A stretch of 64,000 nucleotides of DNA from Staphylococcus phage vB_SepM_BE08. Position 1 is the stretch's first letter, and every line of letters begins with the position of its first letter. Location: sequence record MT596505.1, one strand, 5' to 3'. The notes below the pieces were generated by a model. It did no database searches. It saw nothing but the letters and a program-made list of their open reading frames with translations, and was not told the DNA's origin. The position numbers and the translations under genes are program-made. Positions 60,069 to 64,000 of the stretch are shown one piece after another.

Positions 60069-60410
60069 ATGGCAAAAGTTTTAAGATTGTATGATAGTAC
60101 AGATAAGCTACTTGCAACGTCTGAAGAAGTTACTTCTAATTCAGCATCTGTTCGTATTGATGACCTTAAGCCTGATACAACTTATGAAGCTGGTGACTTT
60201 AAAGTTGCTTGGGTTATTAATGATTCAGAATCCAGTAAGATAGATGTTCCAGGATTCAAAACATTACCTTCTACAAGTGGTAATACAGATGATTCAGTAA
60301 GTCATACTTTAACATTTAACATGTTAAACTTTGATGATAATAACATCACTATAAGTGATGAAGAGCCTGAAGATAAAAATAAAATCTGGTTTAAACCAGT
60401 AGAACAATAA
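60069..60410 (+). CDS. small beta-rich protein, paralog of the 61465..61755 gene
   Basis: MAKVLRLYDSTDKLLATSEE ... DLKPDTTYEAGDFKVAWV aligns with MAKKLVAYNKQGEKLATGEP ... GLTPETTYAKGDYQVAI. Confidence 0.4.
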   Translation: MAKVLRLYDSTDKLLATSEEVTSNSASVRIDDLKPDTTYEAGDFKVAWVINDSESSKIDVPGFKTLPSTSGNTDDSVSHTLTFNMLNFDDNNITISDEEPEDKNKIWFKPVEQ

Positions 60411-60429
60411 GTAAAGGGGAAATAATATA

Positions 60430-61008
60430 ATGGCAAATTTATTACCAAGTGTATTTAACAAAGAGACAGGTAAATGGGAAACAATTATTGCTAGACCTGT
60501 AGCACAAGAAGTATTTAAAATTATGAAAGAGGATTATTTAAGAAGCAAAGGTGATATTGGTTATATCTTTATTTCACATGATGAAGGGGATATGCCTGTA
60601 AATTTAATATTATTATATGATACATCTAAAACAGGAACTGAAGTAGTAGATAACCCTGAACGTGTTAAAGAAAATATTAAGTTTAATCTAGACCAATACC
60701 TATTAACTAAAAATAATAATGCTAAGCAATTCCGTATATCAGAATTCAGACAAAGAATTGAAGATTTACATTTAGTTGATATTGATTCTGAATTCTATGT
60801 AGAAGTTATAGATACTGAAGGAGAGAAACACGTTATACCTTCAACAAAAGCATTAACAAATAACTTTGAAATCACAAACGCTCTCTTAGAGGCAGGGAAT
60901 GAAATTAAAGTTAAATATTTCTACAATGGTAATCCTATAGATGACTTCATGTTAGATAAGAAAGTAACAGAAGAAAATAGAGATAGATACCCTAGTGAAT
61001 CACAATAA
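60430..61008 (+). CDS. hypothetical protein
   Basis: 192-aa ORF. Confidence 0.35.
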   Translation: MANLLPSVFNKETGKWETIIARPVAQEVFKIMKEDYLRSKGDIGYIFISHDEGDMPVNLILLYDTSKTGTEVVDNPERVKENIKFNLDQYLLTKNNNAKQFRISEFRQRIEDLHLVDIDSEFYVEVIDTEGEKHVIPSTKALTNNFEITNALLEAGNEIKVKYFYNGNPIDDFMLDKKVTEENRDRYPSESQ

Positions 61009-61031
61009 TAAATTATTTTTTTAAAATAAAC

Positions 61032-61060
61032 TTGTAAAAATAACAAATGTATGTTATAAT
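61032..61060 (+). promoter_or_regulatory. sigma-A promoter: TTGTAA, 17-nt spacer, TATAAT
   Basis: Precedes a ~350-nt ORF-free structured segment. Confidence 0.5.
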
Positions 61061-61061
61061 G

Positions 61062-61414
61062 TGATTATCAGTATCCTAACACCTCTTAATAGTGTGAAAC
61101 ACAGGGTGCAGTTTTTACTTAAAACCTTTTAAGGTTTGACTTACTAGAGAGTACAGTAAGTTGCTTGCGTATTGGCTTTATAAATACGTGTTGGTTCCGA
61201 CATGAAGCTTCTTCATTGTCCGTACTCTATTGACCTATCTACCATGTTGTAGAAAAGGACTACATTAACGTTAATAGAAAATGACCTTAAACCTGCAATT
61301 ACTTATCATAGGAAAACTATGATAAGTCCCTGCTATATAGGTATACTTTAATCAATGTAACCTAGGGACATACGATTGAGTATACTATTATATAGTATAC
61401 ATTGCAGGTTTTTT
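61062..61414 (+). ncRNA. ~350-nt structured RNA candidate (stand-alone sRNA or a long structured leader)
   Basis: No ORF and elevated GC. Several perfect hairpins: ACUUACU-agagaguac-AGUAAGU, ACUUAUCAUAG-gaaaa-CUAUGAUAAGU and GUAUACUAU-ua-AUAGUAUAC. Ends with CCUGCAAU ... AUUGCAGG plus U6. Confidence 0.45.
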
Positions 61415-61464
61415 ATATAATTAATGTTATATTATCTAGTGTAAGAAAAAATATACGATAAGGG

Positions 61465-61755
61465 ATGAATAACAACATGGCAAAAAAATTAGTAGCTTAT
61501 AACAAACAAGGTGAGAAATTAGCAACAGGAGAACCAGTAGAATCAGGTAAAGCGACAGTACAATTAACTGGTCTAACACCAGAAACAACTTATGCTAAAG
61601 GTGATTACCAAGTAGCAATTGATGAAGATGGTCGTGAAGGTGGCAAAGTAGACGTACCTGAATTTACAACAAAAGCTAAACCAGTTGCGGAACCAGCAAA
61701 TGTAGAAACTAGAGAAACAACAGATACAACAGCGGACATCTCAGCGGAAGTATAA
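61465..61755 (+). CDS. small beta-rich protein, paralog of the 60069..60410 gene
   Basis: See the paralog. The likely true start is the ATG at 61477 (MAKKLVAY). Confidence 0.4.
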   Translation: MNNNMAKKLVAYNKQGEKLATGEPVESGKATVQLTGLTPETTYAKGDYQVAIDEDGREGGKVDVPEFTTKAKPVAEPANVETRETTDTTADISAEV

Positions 61756-61772
61756 ATAGGAGGAATTAATCA

Positions 61773-61946
61773 ATGGAAAATGTATCACAAGAATTTCTAG
61801 CTAATTTAGCTCTAAATCATCAAAGTGCTTTAAATGAAAAACCATTAAAAGACGGAGATTATGATATTAGTTTTACATTAAACAATGTTCATTATTCTTT
61901 TAGTCAAAAAGATGGTTATTGGAAATGGTCGTTTAACGACAAGTAA
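61773..61946 (+). CDS. small protein (57 aa)
   Basis: RBS AGGAGGAA; MENVSQEFLANLALNHQSAL... Confidence 0.3.
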   Translation: MENVSQEFLANLALNHQSALNEKPLKDGDYDISFTLNNVHYSFSQKDGYWKWSFNDK

Positions 61947-61953
61947 GTATTAA

Positions 61954-61986
61954 GGACTAGGATTCATTTCCTAGTCCTTATTTTTT
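61954..61986 (+). terminator. rho-independent terminator
   Basis: GGACUAGGA-UUCAUUU-CCUAGUCC followed by U-rich tract; nearly the same hairpin as the one at 48956. Confidence 0.65.
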
Positions 61987-61998
61987 AGGAGGTCACTA

Positions 61999-62361
61999 AT
62001 GGAATTAGAAAAATTTTTATATATGTATAAAGCTCACGTAAATCGTGTTGTAGATGGTGATACAATTGTCGTTACCATAGACCACGGAATGAGAGTATAT
62101 TCAGAACAAAGAGTAAGAATTTTAGGTGTCGATACACCTGAGAGAGGACAAGAAAATTTTAAAAAGGCTTCTGAATTTACAAGAAGTAAATTAGAAAATA
62201 AAGAAGTTATAATACAAACTTATAAAGATGATTCTTTTGGTAGATATTTAGCTAACGTATATTTCCAAGAAGAAGGTACGTATAAAAATATATCCGTAGA
62301 ACTTATAAGCAAAGGGTTAACTAAACAAAATAGTAAGTGGAACAATACATTAAAAGACTAG
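61999..62361 (+). CDS. thermonuclease (staphylococcal nuclease / SNase-like)
   Basis: VDGDTIVV ... RVRILGVDTPERGQ ... GRYLANVY matches the SNase-fold catalytic pattern. Confidence 0.7.
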   Translation: MELEKFLYMYKAHVNRVVDGDTIVVTIDHGMRVYSEQRVRILGVDTPERGQENFKKASEFTRSKLENKEVIIQTYKDDSFGRYLANVYFQEEGTYKNISVELISKGLTKQNSKWNNTLKD

Positions 62362-62383
62362 TTATTTACTAGTCTTTTTTTTA
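62355..62383 (+). terminator. rho-independent terminator
   Basis: AGACUAGU-UAUUU-ACUAGUCU followed by U8; overlaps the stop codon. Confidence 0.65.
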
Positions 62384-62447
62384 TTTTTAGTTGACAGATA
62401 TAGTTATTTATGGTATACTTTATTTAATAATTAATAAGAGAGGTGTA

Positions 62448-62759
62448 ATGATGAGTAACTTAGGTGATAAACTTAATCAAGTAACAGAAGAGAAAATAAA
62501 TAATCAATGTTTATCAGAGTACAAAGATAAAATTTTAAAATTTATAACTAACAAATTATATGAAGAAGCAAATAAAGGTAAATATAGTACAAATATAAGC
62601 TTATATCATGTTTATTCACATTTTGATATTTATCCTTCTAGTCAATTTACATTTGATATTTTAAATTATTTTAGACGTAATGGTGTTAGTGTTTACATTA
62701 AATATATAGATTCCGAATACCCTCACACTTTATACTATGAATTTAGTTGGGGAAAATAA
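62448..62759 (+). CDS. hypothetical protein
   Basis: RBS AGAGAGGTG upstream of ATGATG at 62448. Confidence 0.35.
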   Translation: MMSNLGDKLNQVTEEKINNQCLSEYKDKILKFITNKLYEEANKGKYSTNISLYHVYSHFDIYPSSQFTFDILNYFRRNGVSVYIKYIDSEYPHTLYYEFSWGK

Positions 62760-62798
62760 CTTTAAATTAGTAAAAAATAATAGAAAGTAGGTATAGTA

Positions 62799-63383
62799 AT
62801 GTATATTATTGTAGGACAAGATTTTGATGTAATTGATTACCAAGAAGTTTATACTGATTATAATGTATGTTTAGCAAACACAGAAAATGAAGCAAAAAAA
62901 ATTGTAGATTATTTAAATAAAAATACTTATGAAGGAGATTTATTTAAGTATATTAAAATATCTAGCTATTCTTTAGAAGAATTAAAAAATAAACATAGAT
63001 ATTATCATGTTTATGGTTATATTACTTTAGAACGTCAAAACCATGTATTTAAAGTTAAAGATAGTTCAATTAATAATTTAGATTATTACCCTTTCTTAGA
63101 ATATTTAAGTGAAGATGAAATTCTAGAAAATAATGAATACTATATGTATGAGTCTGGTGATGATAGGGTACCATATAAAATACATTGTTACAGTGTAAAT
63201 AAAAATAAAATTGATGTTAATATTGAACTACCTTTATCTCGAGATAAAGAAGAAACAAATAAACAATTTAAATTACTAGAAAATAAAATAAAATCAATTG
63301 TAGATAATATAGCTAAAGAAGATATACGTTCATCAAACAAATATAAACAAGAGATTGAAAATTTAAGTAAGGGAGAATTATAA
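62799..63383 (+). CDS. hypothetical protein
   Basis: 194-aa ORF. Confidence 0.35.
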   Translation: MYIIVGQDFDVIDYQEVYTDYNVCLANTENEAKKIVDYLNKNTYEGDLFKYIKISSYSLEELKNKHRYYHVYGYITLERQNHVFKVKDSSINNLDYYPFLEYLSEDEILENNEYYMYESGDDRVPYKIHCYSVNKNKIDVNIELPLSRDKEETNKQFKLLENKIKSIVDNIAKEDIRSSNKYKQEIENLSKGEL

Positions 63384-63385
63384 TT

Positions 63386-63640
63386 ATGCGTTTATATCAA
63401 GCAGAACACGATAATTGTGAGCAATATGAAGACAATTATTCTTATAGAGAAAATAAAGCTTATACAAATAAGGATAACTTAATTAAACGTATTAAAGAAG
63501 AAGGGTACGAAGAAAAAAGAAGCGGTTACCTTCAAGATGGGTACATTTATTACCATAAAGATAATATAGAAGATGTACCTCTTTTTAAGGAAGATATGAT
63601 TATAATCCATGAATTAGAAATTGTTAAAGAAAATACTTAA
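63386..63640 (+). CDS. hypothetical protein
   Basis: 84-aa ORF. Confidence 0.3.
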   Translation: MRLYQAEHDNCEQYEDNYSYRENKAYTNKDNLIKRIKEEGYEEKRSGYLQDGYIYYHKDNIEDVPLFKEDMIIIHELEIVKENT

Positions 63641-63698
63641 CATAAAGATATTTTTTATAGTATAATAAAGGAAAAGATACTAGAAGGAGAGAATTATA

Positions 63699-64000
63699 AT
63701 GAGTAAATATGAAAAAGAAATAGAACAATTTTTAGAATCAGAAAGTGTAAAAATAGATTATGGTACTTTTGAATTAGAATTTGAAAAAGGTAAATCTCCA
63801 TTTATTCATTTACTATATAAAGGATTACCAATTGATACACTAGAAAATTATCTTATTATTACAGAAGAGTATTTACAACAACTATTTGAAAAATATGAAT
63901 ATTATCCTAAGGAATACTTTGAAGATAAGTTAACTAAAACAGATAAAAGAATTAAAAAAAGAAAAATAGGAAATGAAATACTAAATAAAACTAAAGACCT
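63699..64000 (+). CDS. hypothetical protein, N-terminal part (runs off the window end)
   Basis: RBS AGGAGAG upstream of the ATG at 63699; open to the window end. Confidence 0.3.
   Translation, partial: MSKYEKEIEQFLESESVKIDYGTFELEFEKGKSPFIHLLYKGLPIDTLENYLIITEEYLQQLFEKYEYYPKEYFEDKLTKTDKRIKKRKIGNEILNKTKD

Noticed and set aside
1-64000. Identity with phage Twort itself.
   Set aside because: The gene order and the endolysin/holin are Twort-like, but here the tail tube gene has a single 3'-terminal intron rather than the three introns reported for Twort orf142. I leave it as an unnamed Twort-/K-like relative.

Overview
The window is a 64-kb segment of a large, AT-rich (~30% GC) Twort-/K-like Staphylococcus myophage (Herelleviridae-type). 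Two blocks are visible.

(1) Coordinates 1-43288 carry the late morphogenesis module on the minus strand, in transcriptional order from high to low coordinates: terminase large subunit, portal, prohead protease, scaffold-like protein, major capsid protein, head-tail connectors, tail sheath, tail tube, tail chaperones, tape-measure protein, tail-associated cell-wall hydrolases, baseplate proteins and a large distal tail protein. Four self-splicing group I introns interrupt this block: two in the terminase gene, one in the tape-measure gene and one at the 3' end of the tail-tube gene. Two of them carry paralogous endonuclease ORFs.

(2) Coordinates 43395-64000 are a plus-strand block: small membrane proteins, a ~0.8-kb promoter-to-terminator non-coding RNA locus, the holin-endolysin cassette, and early/middle accessory genes. 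The accessory genes include an XRE regulator, RNase H, a PhoH-like ATPase, three DNA methyltransferases, two free-standing HNH endonucleases, a deoxyribosyltransferase-like/membrane-protein/MazG cluster, a secreted transglycosylase, a thermonuclease and a second, smaller ncRNA locus.

I found no tRNA, rRNA or CRISPR. All functional calls are from reading motifs in the translations by eye; no database search was run.
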